A DNA stretch of 64,000 nt from an uncultured Planctomycetota bacterium (GCA_963849325.1 CAWKHF010000007.1:608001-672000), one strand, 5' to 3'. Counted from the stretch's first letter, positions 32,423 to 44,437 are shown. Numbers and translations are program-made. The notes: generated by a model from the letters alone, not told the origin.

Positions 32423-35400
32423 ATGCACGCAATACTGCGACTACCCCGGCTAGGACCGATCCTGGGATGTACCCTCTTCATCCTGATGACCATCGAAGCG
32501 GCGGAGCCGAAGCAGGGCGAGTTGCTGAAAGGCCCGCTGACGCCGCGCGAGGAGCAAGCGACTTTTCGCCTACCCAAAGGATTTCAAATCGACCTCGTCG
32601 CTTCCGAGCCGGACGTGATCGACCCGGTAGCGATGGCCTTCGACGAAGACGGCCGCATCTTCGTCGCCGAGATGCGCGGCTACCCCAACGGCGGCGTGGC
32701 CACGGGCGAGATCACCTCCGGGCGCATTAAAGTGCTGGAGGACCGCGACGGCGACGGCGTGTACGAAACGAGCCGGGTCTACGCCGACAGCCTGCGCTTC
32801 CCCACCGGCGTCATGCCCTGGCGCGGCGGGCTGCTGGTGGCGAACGCTCCCGACATCCTCTATCTCGAAGACACCAAGGGGACGGGCAAGGCGGATCGGC
32901 GGAGCGTGCTGTACACCGGCTTCAACCTCGCCAATATCCAGCAGATCGTCAACAGCCTGCAATGGGGTCTGGACAACTGGGTCTACGGCGTTGCCGGCAG
33001 CGATGGCGGCACCATCCGCTCGCCGCAGAAGCCGGACATGCCGCCGCTTGACTCTGCGCAGTCGCGGCATCCGCTTCCACCCGGAGACGCCGGGCAGCCT
33101 GGAGCCGACCTCCGGCGGCGGACAGTACGGCCTGGCCCCTGACGACTGGCAGCACTGGTTCACCGCCACCAACAGCCAGCACTTGCGCCACATCGTCCTG
33201 CCCGATCCACTACCTGCGGCGCAATCCGGCCCTGCCGGTCGGCGCCGTCACGCTGGACATCCCCGATCACGGCGCCGCCTGCAAGGTCTATCGCCTCAGC
33301 CCCTTCGAGGCGTGGCGCGTCGAACGCACCACCCGGCGCAAGGAGGGCAAGGGCGGCTTCGACCCCCGGCGCTTCCCACCCACCGAACTGGTGCCGGGCG
33401 GCTACATCACCTCGGCGTGCAGTCCCGTCGTCTACGCCGCCGAGGCGTTCCCCTCGGCGTATCGCGGCAACGTGTTCGTGTGCGACCCGGCCAACAACCT
33501 CGATCCATCGCGACGTGCTGGTCGAGCGCGGGGCGACGTTCACCGCCAAGCGGGCGGAGGGCGAAGAGAGCTGCGAGTTTCTCGCCTCGACGGACAACTG
33601 GTTCCGTCCGGTGCATTTGACGCTCGGTCCCGACGGGGCGCTGTACGTGCTCGATTTCTACCGCGAGGTGATCGAGACGCCGCTGTCGCTGCCCGACGAC
33701 ATCAAGAAGAAGCTCAATCTGCAAAGCCGCGGCCGCGGCCGCATCTGGCGCATCCGGACGGCGGACCAGCCGCGCCGCAAACCGTCGCTGGGCAAGGCTT
33801 CGACACAGGCTTTGGTCGAGCACCTGAGCGACGGCAACCTGTGGTGGCGGCTGACGGCGCAACGGCTGCTGGTGGAGCGGCAGCGATCCGGAAGCGGCGA
33901 AGCTACTGCGGAAGTGGGGGTTGAAGGCGAAGTCGGCCCCCGGCCGCGCTCATGCCCTGTGGACGCTGCACGGCTTGAACGGCGCTGACCAACGCGGACA
34001 TCGAACCGGCTTTGAAAGATCCCGAAGCCGGTGTGCGCGAGCAGGCCCTACGCCTGGCGGATGAGCGCCTGTCCGCCTCGGCCCAACTGCGCGCCGCCGT
34101 GGCCGCGCTGGCGGACGATCCCTCGCCGCGCGTTCGCTTCCAGCTCGCCTTCACCCTGGGCCAGAGTGACAGTCCCGGAGACAGTCAACGCCCTGGCGCG
34201 CGTGGCGCGACGGGACGCCGGCGATCGCTGGACGCAGATGGCGGTCCTCAGCTCGACGCGCGGTTCCGGCATCGGCCTGCTCGAAGTGCTGGTCCAGGAC
34301 AGGGACTTCACCGAGGCGGCGACACCGGCACGCTTGCAACTGCTCAACCGTCTCGCCGTCCTGGTCGGAGCGAAGGCCGACGACGCGGACCTGGGACGCG
34401 CGTTGAACTTGCTGGCTGGCCGGGCGAAGGAGACCGCGACCTGGCAACTGCGCCGTCCTCGACGGCCTGGGCCAGGGTTTGCAGAACAGCAGCCGGCCCC
34501 TGGCCCGCCTTTGGGAGCAGCCGCCGCCGGCGCTGCAGAGCGTCCGTCGCCCTCGTGCGTCCGCTTTTCGAGCGGGCGGCGGCCGTGAGCCGCGATCCGA
34601 AGCGCCCGCTCGCGGATCGCCTCGCCGCTGTCCGTCTGCTCGGCCGCGGACCCTACGCCCCGGCCGCATCGGCAGCGCCGGAGCTGCTGAATCCGCAAAC
34701 GCCGCCCGAACTGCAGTCGGCAATGGTCCGCGCTCTTTCGCTGCACACACGACCGGAAGTCGCCGACCTGCTCCTGGCCGCGTGGAGCGGCTACAGCCCG
34801 ACCGTGCGCCGCGAGGTCGTCGAGTCGCTGTTCGCCCGTGCCGACCGTCTGCCGCGTCTGCTGGCCGCGCTCGAAGAGAAAAAAGTGCTGGCCAATCAAC
34901 TCGAACCGTTGCGCGTCGAGCAGCTGCGCAAGCACCCCAACGCCCAGATCCGCGAGCGCGCCGTGCGCGTCCTCGCGGGACAGGCCGCTCCCGAGCGGCA
35001 GAAGGTGGTCGCGGACTATCGCGCCGCCCTGGAGCTGAAGGCGGATGCCGGCCGCGGCAAGGCCATCTTCAAGAAGAATTGCACCGTCTGTCATCGCCTG
35101 GAGAACGAGGGCTTCGAGGTCGGGCCGGACCTGCTGTCCGCCTTGCGGAACAAGTCGGCCGAGCAACTGCTCAACGATATCCTCGATCCGAGTCGAGAAG
35201 TGGATTCGCGCTATCTGAATTACCAGGTCACGACCAAGAAGGGGCAGACGTTCAGCGGCCTGATCGCCGCCGATACGGCGTCGAGCGTGACGCTGCGCCG
35301 CGGCGAGAAGGCCGAGGACACGATTCTGCGCAGCCAGATCGAAGAGATCCAGGCGACGGGCAAGTCCGTCATGCCGGAGGGGCTGGAGATGCAGCTGAGC

Positions 35401-35457
35401 AAGCAGGATGCGGCCGATCTCATCGCTTATCTGCTTTCGGTGGCGTCGCCGAAGTGA
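32423..35457 (+). CDS. PVC-type heme-binding CxxCH protein (GSDH-like propeller + HEAT + cytochrome c); several frameshifts
   Basis: ASEPDVIDPVAMAFDEDGR, WGLDNW, DNWFRPV, CTVCH, GPDL, SVMPEGLE. Confidence 0.88.
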
Positions 35458-36555
35458 ATGGAGCGTCCTCCCGGAAGAGGACCGCTTCCGGCAGCGGCTC
35501 GCCTTCCAGCAACGGCCGGCACACGTCGCGGCCAAAGCGCTCGCTGAACGCCACCGCTCCCGACGCCAGCAAGTGGCACATGTCGCCGAAGTCGTCGTCG
35601 GGGCACCAGCTGCGGGCGTCAATCACCGGCACAGCGTAGTCCTCATGTAGCTGCGTGAGGTACTGGTGGAAGGCGGCCTTCAAGTCGGAAGGATACCAAC
35701 CGCGCAGGGCACTGTGTTCGGGCATGACGAACAGGGCCGTCCGAATACCGCGGCCGTGGCATTCGTCCAGCAGACCGCGCAGGGCGCCGTCGGCCAAATC
35801 GCTGACGTGGAAGTTTTCCAGGACCGGGTTCATGAGGTACCGGCCCACTTCCAGGTTGTGTCGGCGGCGCTGCGGGTCGGGTCGGTCCTCGATGAGGCGC
35901 TGCGCTCCCCATTCGTCCTGGCCGCACCATTGCCGGCTCGCCCGCTCCAGTTCGCGGACCAGATCGGGCGGCAGCAGGACGGGGGCATAGTGGTTCAGCA
36001 GCTTCTGGCGATAATGGACGGCGGGCGCCAGCCGTTTGCCAAGGACGCTATTGATGGCGCTGCGCCCCTGGCTGTAGAACCGCGCCAGGAGCGGTACGTC
36101 GGCCCAGTCCCAGTCGCAACGGAGGATGGCTTCGGCCTCCTCGAAAGCGCCCGCCTGGGCCAAAAACGGCGGCCACACTTCAATCAACACCCACGCCGGC
36201 CGCACACCCTCGGCCAGCAACCGCCGCAGCATCATCCACTCCCGGACGGGACCGCCCCCGGAGAAGGCGAAGTTGAACAGGATTGGTTCGGGACGACCGG
36301 CGATTCGGATACAGGAGGGCTGAAATCCGATCGCCGGACGTGAACTGCCGAGTATCAGCATGAGAGGACGGCCGCGCCCCCGGGCGAGGTGATCCTGGAG
36401 ATGGCGCAGCGCGTTGTGAAGGACGGGTCACACATCTCGGGGTGTCCGCGGTGGACGAACAAGCCCAGGGCCAGCTGTCCCGCGGCGAACAGCAGCACCG
36501 CCCACAGCAGGGTGGCTCGCGCCTGGCGCATCGGACTCTCCCGGCCCTGTCGCAT
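35420..36555 (-). CDS. Hypothetical protein, SGNH/DUF1574-like; frameshift ~36400
   Basis: GSSR, FNFAFSG, DxxH (DMCHL) motifs; N-terminal TM helix. Confidence 0.6.
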
Positions 36556-36655
36556 GGCCCCTCCGGGATGGATCGTTCCTCGAACGGGAAATCGGGCGGG
36601 GAATATACCCGACACATCCGCCGGGTCAAGGGCAAGTTGGCGAAGCCGTCGGGGT

Positions 36656-38577
36656 TCACGTCGGCGGGCCGACCTTGATGACGGTGGCGGTAATGTCGTC
36701 GTACTGCGGCTGGTTCCGCGCGTAGGCGCGGACGGCGTAATAGAGGTTCTCGACGATCTCCCGCGCCGGCGCCTGACGGTAGACGCGCGCCAGGTCGATC
36801 GTCCGCCGCGTGCCGAAGATGGTGCCGTCCGGCGCCCGGGCCTCGACGATGCCGTCGGTGAGGAACAACACCAGGTCGCCCGTCTCCAGCGCGATCGGCG
36901 TGCTGGCGGGGAAGCTGTAATTGGGCATGATGCCCAACGGGATACTCGTGCTCGGCAGAGGTTGTTTGACGTCGCCAGCGGTGCTGAAGATGTAGCCGGT
37001 CGAGTGCCCCGCGCTGGCGTAGACGAACGAACGGTTGACGGGGTCGAGGCGAGCCAGCAGGAGCGTGATGAAGCGATCGCCCTCGATGTCGGGCAGGATG
37101 ATGTCGTTGACCAGGCGAAGGATGTCGTCGGGCTGAGCGTGGGTGTGCGCGAAGGCCCGCAGGTAGGCGCGGACCTCGGCCATCAGCAGGGCCGGACCGA
37201 TGCCGTGGCCGCTGACGTCGCCGATGGCGATGCCCAGGCTGCCGTCGGACAGCGGCAGGTAATCGTAGTAGTCGCCGCCGATGGCCTCGGCCGGGTACGA
37301 CGCTCCCCCGATGTCGAAGGCGTAGGTGGCGCTGCCGATGTCCAGGCCGGCCACTTGCGGCGTGGTGGTCGGAAACAGCTTCTGCTGGATGCGGCGGGCG
37401 ACCCGGAACTCCGCCGCCGACCGCGCCAATTCTTCTTCCGCTTTTTTGCGATCGGTTACGTCCCAAAATATGCCTTGCATGCCAATGACTTCCCGCCGCG
37501 AATCGAGCAAGGGAGCCTTGAGGACGCGGACATAGCTTTTGTCGCCGTCGCTGCCGACGTGCTCCTCGGTGTCCTCGAAGACCGCGCCGGATTCGATGAC
37601 GCGCTGGTCGTCGCGCATGTATTCTGCGCCAGCTCGGGCGGGTAGAGGTCGAGGTCGGTCTTGCCGAGGATGTCGTCCATCGGCCGCTTGAGCTCGGCGC
37701 AGAACGGTTGGTTGGCGAAGGCGAACCGCCCTTGCCGGTCCTTGCGGAACAGGCACACCGGCAGCGTCTCCACCAGCGAGTGGTAAAGGGCTTCGGAGTC
37801 GCGCAGGGCCTTCTCGGAGCGCTTGCGCTCGGTGATGTCGGTGGAGATGCCGCACACCGCGTAGGCGGAGCCGTCGAGATCGTGCAGCGGGAACTTGATC
37901 GACAGGTAAATGCGCGGGTTGTCGTCCAAACCGATCGTCTCCTCGAACTCCAGGGGGGTGTCGGCTTGGAGCACCTTGAGGTCGTTGGCCAGCAAGACCT
38001 CGACCTGTTCGGGTCCGAAGACGTCGCGGATGTGACGGCCGATCACCTGCTCGCGGCGGAAGCCGAAGCACTGCTCCCAAAGACGGTTGACGAGCAGGAA
38101 GCGCCCCTCGCAATCCTTGACCTGGGCCATCAACGGAGCGTGGTCGAGGATGTGCTGCAGGCGCGCCTCGCTGCTCTGCAGCGCCTGTTCGGCCTGGCGG
38201 ATGCGCAACAGCGCCTTGACGTGGGCGATCAGTTCGCGCGGCGACACCGGCTTGATCAGGTAGCCGTCGGCGCCGCCCTCTAGCCCTTCGCTGCGGTCCT
38301 CGCTGCTGATGTAATGACCCGACAGGTGCAGCACGAAAATCGAGGCGGTGTCCGGGTTGCCCTTGATCCGCCGGCACACCTCGAAGCCATCGAGGTCCGG
38401 CAGGTTAATGTCGAGGACAACCAGGCTCGGACGCTGCTGGACCAACTTCAGGGCGTCGGCGCCGGTGGAGGCTTGCAGGACGTGAAAGCCTTCTTGCCGC
38501 AGGGCGCGGACGAGGCCATAGCAGGCCAGGTCGTTGTCGTCTACGAACAGGATCGATACTGGTGGATGAGCAGACAT
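36656..38577 (-). CDS. Response regulator-PAS-PAS-SpoIIE (PP2C) phosphatase; frameshift ~37625
   Basis: VDDN/LDINLPD/IKP receiver; two PAS-PAC (DITERK, DVTDRK); GGDYYD, GDVSGHG, TDGIVEA, DDIT. Confidence 0.9.
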
Positions 38578-38804
38578 GTCGGGCTCCTTGTCTGTCAAAG
38601 CTTCGCACCAGATGCGGATCGGATGGGTTCGCTCGCACATCTTGGCCCGCGGAGACGAGCGAAAACGAATACATGGTACTCCAGGAGGGGCCTGGGCGAA
38701 ACGCTTTTTCCATGAAAAGTTCCTAACCGGATCGCTCCCTTCGCCGTCTGGCCGTCGGGCGGTGCCGACCCTATGTCAACCCGGAGAACCACCGGAGGTC
38801 TTCC

Positions 38805-39953
38805 ATGCTCACCGTCGCCGTCGTCGCGGATTTCCTGGAGCAGTTCGCGCCGGCCGCCCTCGCCGCCGACTGGGACAACGTCGGCCTGCTCCTGGGGGAA
38901 CGCTCGGCCGCCGTCGAGCGTATCATGACCTGCTTGACCGTGACCCCCGAGAGCGCCGCCGAGGCGGTTGAGGCCCGGGCGAACCTGATCGTGACGCATC
39001 ATCCCATCCTCTTCCGGGGCGTCCAACGCTTGACGGATGCCACCCCGGAGGGCCGGATGTTGCTGGACCTGGCCCGCGCCGGCATCGCCGTCTACAGTCC
39101 GCACACGGCATTCGATAACGCACGCGGCGGCATCAACGACTTGCTGGCGCGGCGCCTGGGACTGGTCGAGACGGTCCCGTTGCGCCGTCCCCCCTCACCC
39201 CTGCCCCTCTCCCCCCAGGGGGGGAGAGGGGTTGGGGGTGAGGGGGGGCAAATGAAAGTGGTGGTGTTCGTTCCGGAGAAAGATCTGGAGCGCGTGGCCG
39301 ACGCGATGTTCGCCGCGGGTGCCGGCCACATCGGCGAGTACCGCGAGTGCAGCTTTCGGTTGGCCGGCATCGGCACGTTTTTCGGTTCCGAGTCGGCCAA
39401 CCCCACGGTCGGTCAGAAGGGCCGGCGCGAGGAGGTCAACGAATGGCGCCTGGAGGCGGTTTGTCCCGCCGATCGCGTGGAGTCGGTCGTCGCCGCCATT
39501 CGCCGGTCGCACTCTTACGAGGAGCCGGCCTTCGACCTGTATCGCCTGCACGCTCCGCCCTCGGGTCGCGGCGAAGGGCGGCTCGGTTCCCTCGGTCAGG
39601 GCCGGCCGCTGGCGGAGTTGGCGCAGGTGGTGAAGGATGCCCTTCGGAGTGGGCCGGTGCAGATGGTTGGCGATCCGCGGCGGCCGGTGCAGCGCGTGGC
39701 GATTGTCTGTGGAGCGGGCGGCGAATTGTTGGCGGACGCCATGCGTGCTCGGGCCGATGTGCTGCTGACCGGCGAGCTGCGCTTTCACGATTACCTGCAT
39801 GCCCACGCCCTGGGGCTGGCGTTGATTCTTCCGGGTCACTACGCCACGGAGCGCTGCGGCGTCGAGGAGTTGGCCGAGCGGCTGCACACTCAGTTCCCCC
39901 AACTGCACGTCTGGGCGAGCACGCGCGAGAGCGATCCGGTGCAGTGGCTCTGA
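38805..39953 (+). CDS. Nif3-like dinuclear metal-centre hexameric protein (with PII-like insert)
   Basis: WDNVGL, THHP, HTAFD, HSYEEPAFD, GHYATE. Confidence 0.92.
   Translation: MLTVAVVADFLEQFAPAALAADWDNVGLLLGERSAAVERIMTCLTVTPESAAEAVEARANLIVTHHPILFRGVQRLTDATPEGRMLLDLARAGIAVYSPHTAFDNARGGINDLLARRLGLVETVPLRRPPSPLPLSPQGGRGVGGEGGQMKVVVFVPEKDLERVADAMFAAGAGHIGEYRECSFRLAGIGTFFGSESANPTVGQKGRREEVNEWRLEAVCPADRVESVVAAIRRSHSYEEPAFDLYRLHAPPSGRGEGRLGSLGQGRPLAELAQVVKDALRSGPVQMVGDPRRPVQRVAIVCGAGGELLADAMRARADVLLTGELRFHDYLHAHALGLALILPGHYATERCGVEELAERLHTQFPQLHVWASTRESDPVQWL
39189..39247. repeat. Palindrome family C (CCCTCACCC...GGGTGAGGG) inserted in frame in the nif3 CDS
   Basis: Hairpin encodes PPSPLPLSPQGGRGVGGEG; related copy at 54053-54106. 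Confidence 0.85.
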
Positions 39954-39957
39954 CTTC

Positions 39958-40020
39958 GTTCGGCCGCGACGCGCAGCGGAGCACGGGCGCGTCGCGCTCC
40001 GCTGCGCGTCGCGGCTAAAC
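39958..40020. repeat. REP-like palindrome family D (GCCGCGACGCGCAGCGGAGC arms)
   Basis: Inverted arms; near-identical copy at 55156-55222. Confidence 0.85.
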
Positions 40021-40034
40021 CCGGAGGTATCCCC

Positions 40035-40958
40035 ATGCGCGTCTTTGTCACCGGCGGTACGGGCCTGGTCGGCAGGCGGCTCATTCGGCGCCTGCGCGAG
40101 CGCGGCGATCCAGCCGTGATCCTGACGCGCCGCGCCGGCCACGCCCGCCAATGGTTCGGCCCGGACGCTTCCGTCGTCGAGGGCGATCCCATGCGAGAGG
40201 GTGTCTGGATGGACGCCCTCGCCGAGTGCGACGCGGTCGTCCACCTGGCCGGCGAGAACGTCTTCGGCCGTCGCTGGAACGAGGACTTCAAGAAACTGCT
40301 GCGCGGCAGTCGCATCCTTTCGACCCAGCACGTCGTCGCGGCCCTGCGGCGTCAGCCGATGCGGGTCGATGGTCAAGCGAAGGTACTCGTCAACGCCTCG
40401 GCCATCGGCTATTATGGCCCGCGCGCGGACGAGGAACTGACCGAGGACAGCTCGCCCGGCTCGGATTTTCTGGCGCAGTTGTGCATCGAGTGGGAGCAAA
40501 CGGCCCGTGCGGCGGAGTCAGCCGGCGTCCGCGTGGCGATGGTCCGCGTCGGCGTCGTCCTCGACAAGGAGGGCGGCGCCCTGGCCAAGCTGCTGACCCC
40601 CTTCAAGCTGGGCGCCGGCGGACCCGTGGCCGGCGGCCGACAATGGATAAGCTGGATCCATCACGCCGACCTGGTCGGCCTGTTCCTGTTCGCCCTCGAT
40701 CGTGCCGGCGCCACGGGACCAATCAACGGCACGGCCCCGCACCCGGTCACCAACCGCGAGTTCGGCAAGACGCTCGGCCGTGTGCTGCACCGCCCCTCCT
40801 TCGTGCCGACGCCGGGCCTGGCCCTGCGCCTTCTGGTCGGCGAGGCGGCCGATCTGGTCGTGACGGGGCAGCGCGTTCTGCCGAAGCGAGCGCTGGTGCT
40901 GGGTTATTCGTTTCAGTATCCCCGCCTGGAAGCAGCGCTGGCTCAGATCCTCGTCTGA
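40035..40958 (+). CDS. TIGR01777 family NAD-dependent epimerase/oxidoreductase
   Basis: TGGTGLVG, HLAGE, ASAIGYYG, WISWIH, GQRVLP. Confidence 0.92.
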   Translation: MRVFVTGGTGLVGRRLIRRLRERGDPAVILTRRAGHARQWFGPDASVVEGDPMREGVWMDALAECDAVVHLAGENVFGRRWNEDFKKLLRGSRILSTQHVVAALRRQPMRVDGQAKVLVNASAIGYYGPRADEELTEDSSPGSDFLAQLCIEWEQTARAAESAGVRVAMVRVGVVLDKEGGALAKLLTPFKLGAGGPVAGGRQWISWIHHADLVGLFLFALDRAGATGPINGTAPHPVTNREFGKTLGRVLHRPSFVPTPGLALRLLVGEAADLVVTGQRVLPKRALVLGYSFQYPRLEAALAQILV

Positions 40959-41035
40959 CCGGAGACGGACTTGTTTGCCCTCGCCAGAGGAGGTAAAATA
41001 TAGTGGTGCGAAGAGTTGTGGTCTTTTCCTCGAAA

Positions 41036-41448
41036 GGGGGCGACTTGGTTTCGACCGGGTAAGTGAAGTGCAAGCGGCGTGTCGTGGTTGATCGGACGGC
41101 CACGTACAAAAATCCGATCGCACATTAACTGCTGAACCGCAGTTGACTCTGGCGGCCTAATAACGGCTGCCCCGTGTCCGGGAGCTTCGCCTGAGAGGTC
41201 TCGGCTCGGTTGCCAAATCAGGCTCGCTGTCACTTGAAGTCGGTCCTTCGGGACCGGCTGTACCAGCGGCGGTGACGGCTAGACTCACAGCGGGTTAGTC
41301 TTTCGGACATCCTGCTTGTCGGAGGTCCGAGGGGCGAACGGGTTGGGCGGGACCGCAAGGTTTCGGCCCGACGAAAGAAGACCAGATACACACGTAGATG
41401 TTTGCACGGAAATGCCACGGGACCGGGGTTCAATTCCCCGCGCCTCCA
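41036..41448 (+). ncRNA. ssrA: tmRNA; tag peptide (A)AEPQLTLAA** at 41131-41163
   Basis: 5' GGGGGCGACTTGGTTTCGAC; 3' T-arm GGGGTTCAATTCCCC + CGCCTCCA acceptor; internal ORF ending LAA-TAA-TAA. Confidence 0.95.
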
Positions 41449-41491
41449 TGAAAAGCCGACTTAGGATAATCCTAAGTCGGCTTTTTTCATG
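41447..41491 (+). terminator. Hairpin/intrinsic terminator downstream of ssrA
   Basis: AAAAGCCGACTTAGGAT-A-ATCCTAAGTCGGCTTTTTT. Confidence 0.8.
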
Positions 41492-41646
41492 GGCTTGCGT
41501 CATCTCGAAGTGTCTGGGAGAGGCTAAAAGGTGTCTGAACGTGTCTGATAAATGTCTGATTCGCCTTGCCGATGACGGTTGGGGCCGTGAAATCAGACGC
41601 GGAATCGAACCCCCGTTCCAAGGGGTCATCAGGCTCGGGTCAGACA

Positions 41647-41808
41647 TGGCGAAAAAACCCAGCACAGTCGGGCGTGCGGCGTCGGGGCTCTATTTCCGTA
41701 ATCTGGGCTACGCGGAGTCTGGCTCCCAGAAAAAGTTCTACCTCGGTCGGGACGAGCGCAGGGCGGTCACGGCCAGCGTTCAACTAGAACGACTCTGGGA
41801 TGCCGTAA
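41647..41808 (+). pseudogene. Truncated 5' end of a putative tyrosine integrase
   Basis: MAKKPS..GLYFRNLGY..QKKFYLGRD..LERLW resembles planctomycete integrase N-termini; position next to ssrA; no catalytic domain follows. Confidence 0.45.
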
Positions 41809-42047
41809 GCTTGGTTTGTCTGACGAGACTGTGCGCCGCTGGATCAAGCGAGGCAATCCCTGACCTCTACAGCAATCCTCCAACCTTATTATCCAACTGG
41901 TCGTGGCTGCTACTAACCGGCGACTCGTCGTGCTTCTCTGCCCAGCAAGTGCAGGAAGCCCGATTCCTCCGGTTCATCACGAAAAGCAGCGGAAAGCGCT
42001 GGTTGTCCCGATGTGGTGCTCCCGCGGGCGCACGGGCATCGGAATGG

Positions 42048-42128
42048 TTCAGAGGCTCTAACAAAATGTGGCAACACGTTTTCAACGTGTTGGATTGTAC
42101 GGCACGTTACAAACGTGCCGCCACATTC
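42048..42128. repeat. 81-bp element, copy 1 (right end truncated)
   Basis: Identical to 46701-46781. Confidence 0.95.
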
Positions 42129-42512
42129 CGGTCGAGGTATTTGTTGCCCCGCTCGCACGAAGTCTCCGGCAAGAACAGGCAAGCGTGGCAGGCCGCGCCG
42201 TGCAGCGTCAGACCGTCGCGGAGCGGGTGGTGCTCCGCGCACAGGGGGTCGGACGTGCAGGGCCGCATTGCCTCCAACGCCTGATCCAGATGGCGACCAA
42301 ACGTCTTCGGCTCCCCCAGACGGACCAGCCCGCCGAGCGTGCCCTCGCTGTCGGGTGCGGCGGTGGAGAGGAGCACGCCCGCCATGACCTCGCGGTCGCC
42401 GCCCGGTGGCCGGGAGTAGATACGCTCACGGATGCTGGCGCAGGTGTAGCCGCACTCCAGCGCGAACTGGCGGATCAGGGCGTGGGCCAGCGAGTGCGGC
42501 AGGACGTACCGC
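42129..42512 (-). pseudogene. drmB: DrmB/DUF1998 (DISARM-type) C-terminal fragment
   Basis: HSLAHALIRQFALECGY..SIRERIY, DSEGTLGGL, CTSDPLC, HGAACHAC..ETSCERGN..LDR. Confidence 0.8.
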
Positions 42513-42563
42513 AGAGAGCATAGCCAGTGTCTTGACAAATTGCAACAATATTTCACGTTTCGG

Positions 42564-42592
42564 TTGACTTTGTAAAGGACTGGGCCGATAAT
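42564..42592 (+). promoter_or_regulatory. Sigma70-type promoter TTGACT-N17-GATAAT upstream of the QueC-XRE-PIN block
   Basis: Near-consensus boxes with 17-nt spacer in an AT-rich patch. Confidence 0.6.
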
Positions 42593-42642
42593 GCTCTGGA
42601 GGGAGCAGGACGACCCAGCCGGACTTGGGAGCGAGCATCTTC

Positions 42643-43230
42643 ATGGCTGAGAACGAATCGCTGGATCTTCGAGGCTGCGGCGCACGCGAGCGGCCCCGCC
42701 GCCGAGGATTGCCTGCGGGGCTGGCTCGAAGTGGTCCGCAAGATGGCTGAGGCGGGGCTGGAGGAACTGGCCCACCTGACGGTATCGTGTGTGCATTATC
42801 CACTTCGACATTCGCGGCAGAAGCAGTGCGGCGTCTGCCCGGCCTGTGTCTTGCGCCGACAGGCGATGGCGTTGGGCGGGATCGCGGAGCCCGAGGAAAC
42901 GTACAAGTATGACCTCATGGGCTCGTCGGGTGGGGTGAGCCGGATTCCGTCTAAAAGACTCCTTCACCTGAAGGCATGTTTGATGCCGTGGCGTCCCTGA
43001 AGGACGTGTGCGTCGGGGAGCCTCTCCCGCGCTCCGTCGCCCGCCACCTTGTTAGCACCGAGGTTCTGGCTGACGGCTTCCCGCTAGAGGCAGTGACCGC
43101 CCTGCTCGCCCGTTACCGGGACGAGTGGATGGACATCGCCTCGGACGCATACCGGAAAGGGTTGCCGTGGGCGCGGCTCCTCGCCGCCCCACGACCAAAG
43201 AGACAAGGAGTGACCCATGCCTCAGCCTGA
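42643..43230 (+). pseudogene. Deleted/fused locus: start of an unknown ORF (MAENESLDL) joined to the C-terminal part of a QueC/QatC-like protein
   Basis: TVSC...QCGVCPACVLRRQA Zn-binding motif; no N-terminal SGGxDS; frameshift ~42985. Confidence 0.65.
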
Positions 43231-44437
43231 CACGCTCGACCCTCGCATCGTGGGCCAGCGAATCACCGAGGCCCGCAAAGCGCGTGGCAAGACGCAGGAG
43301 GAGGTCGCCGACTTCTTGGGGTGCAGCCGCCCCACGTACATCGCCATCGAGAAGGGAGACCGCCTCGCCAAGTCGGAGGAGATCATCAAGCTCGCCTCCT
43401 TTTTGGGCCGCAAGGTCCACGAACTCGTGCGCCCGACCGAGCCGGTCGTGGACCTCCAGCCGCACCTGCGCGCCGCCGTCGAGAAGATGAAGGGGGTGGA
43501 CGAGGCGGCGCTCAACCTCGCCATCGACGAGCTTCAGCGGCTCGCCGAAGACTACCGAGACTTGGAGAAGTTGATGAACGCGCCGCTGCGCTCCAACTAT
43601 CCCCCGGAGATCACGTTGACGCCCCGGATCGACGCGGCGGAACTGGCCGAGGGCGTGGCCCAGCAGGAACGGCAGCGGCTCGGGCTGGGCGACCAGCCGG
43701 TGATCTACCTGCGTAACACGCTGGAGTGGGATGTCGGCCTGCGGATCTTCTACTGGGATCTGCCCTCGCCCATCGCCGGGATGTACGCCTACACGGCAGA
43801 CCTCGGGGGTTGCATCCTCGTCAATCGCAAGCACCCACCCGAGCGGCGGCGCGTCACTATGCTGCACGAGTACGGCCACCTGATCGTGGACCGCTACAAG
43901 CCGGGCATCGACTACCTGACGATGACCGGACGCAAGCCCGCCAATGAGCGCTTCGCCGAATCGTTCGCGCTGAGTTTCCTGATGCCGACGAGTTCGGTGC
44001 GGCAGCGGTTTCACGACATCGTGACTACGACCGGCAACTTCCGGGTGGCCGACCTGCGCCGCCTGAGCCACTTCTACTACGTCTCGATGGAGGCGATGGC
44101 CCTGCGGCTGGAGCAGTTGGGCCTCATCCAGAAGGGAAGCTCCCAGTTCTTAAAGGAGTCGAAGTTCTCGCCCCGCGAGGCGGCGGAACTGCTGGATTTG
44201 CAGCCCCAGCCGGTGAACGACTTCCCGTTCCCCGACCGCTACAAGTACCTCGCCGTCGCCGCCTACGAGCGCGGCGAGATCGGCGACAGCGACCTCGCCC
44301 ACTACCTGCGCTGCGACATCGTGACGGCCCGCGAGATTGCGGCGGCGACCCTGAGCAGCCGGGAGGTCGAGCCCACGGGTGAGGCGAGTACGTGGAAGCT
44401 CGACTTCGCCAAGTCCCTGCTGAGTGAGGCGCAATGA
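43217..44437 (+). CDS. XRE helix-turn-helix + ImmA/IrrE (M78) metallo-endopeptidase fusion
   Basis: RITEARKARGKTQEEVA..IEKG HTH; HEYGH + downstream E (NERFAESFA); AAGGAG RBS. Confidence 0.9.
   Translation: MPQPDTLDPRIVGQRITEARKARGKTQEEVADFLGCSRPTYIAIEKGDRLAKSEEIIKLASFLGRKVHELVRPTEPVVDLQPHLRAAVEKMKGVDEAALNLAIDELQRLAEDYRDLEKLMNAPLRSNYPPEITLTPRIDAAELAEGVAQQERQRLGLGDQPVIYLRNTLEWDVGLRIFYWDLPSPIAGMYAYTADLGGCILVNRKHPPERRRVTMLHEYGHLIVDRYKPGIDYLTMTGRKPANERFAESFALSFLMPTSSVRQRFHDIVTTTGNFRVADLRRLSHFYYVSMEAMALRLEQLGLIQKGSSQFLKESKFSPREAAELLDLQPQPVNDFPFPDRYKYLAVAAYERGEIGDSDLAHYLRCDIVTAREIAAATLSSREVEPTGEASTWKLDFAKSLLSEAQ

Noticed and set aside
37296-37345. Apparent duplication DIGSATY/DIGGASY before the PP2C domain
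   Set aside because: Short and degenerate, with no evidence of significance.
41316-42284. 322-aa ORF overlapping tmRNA
   Set aside because: Chimeric read-through across ssrA, its terminator and island fragments. Only 41647-41808 looks coding.
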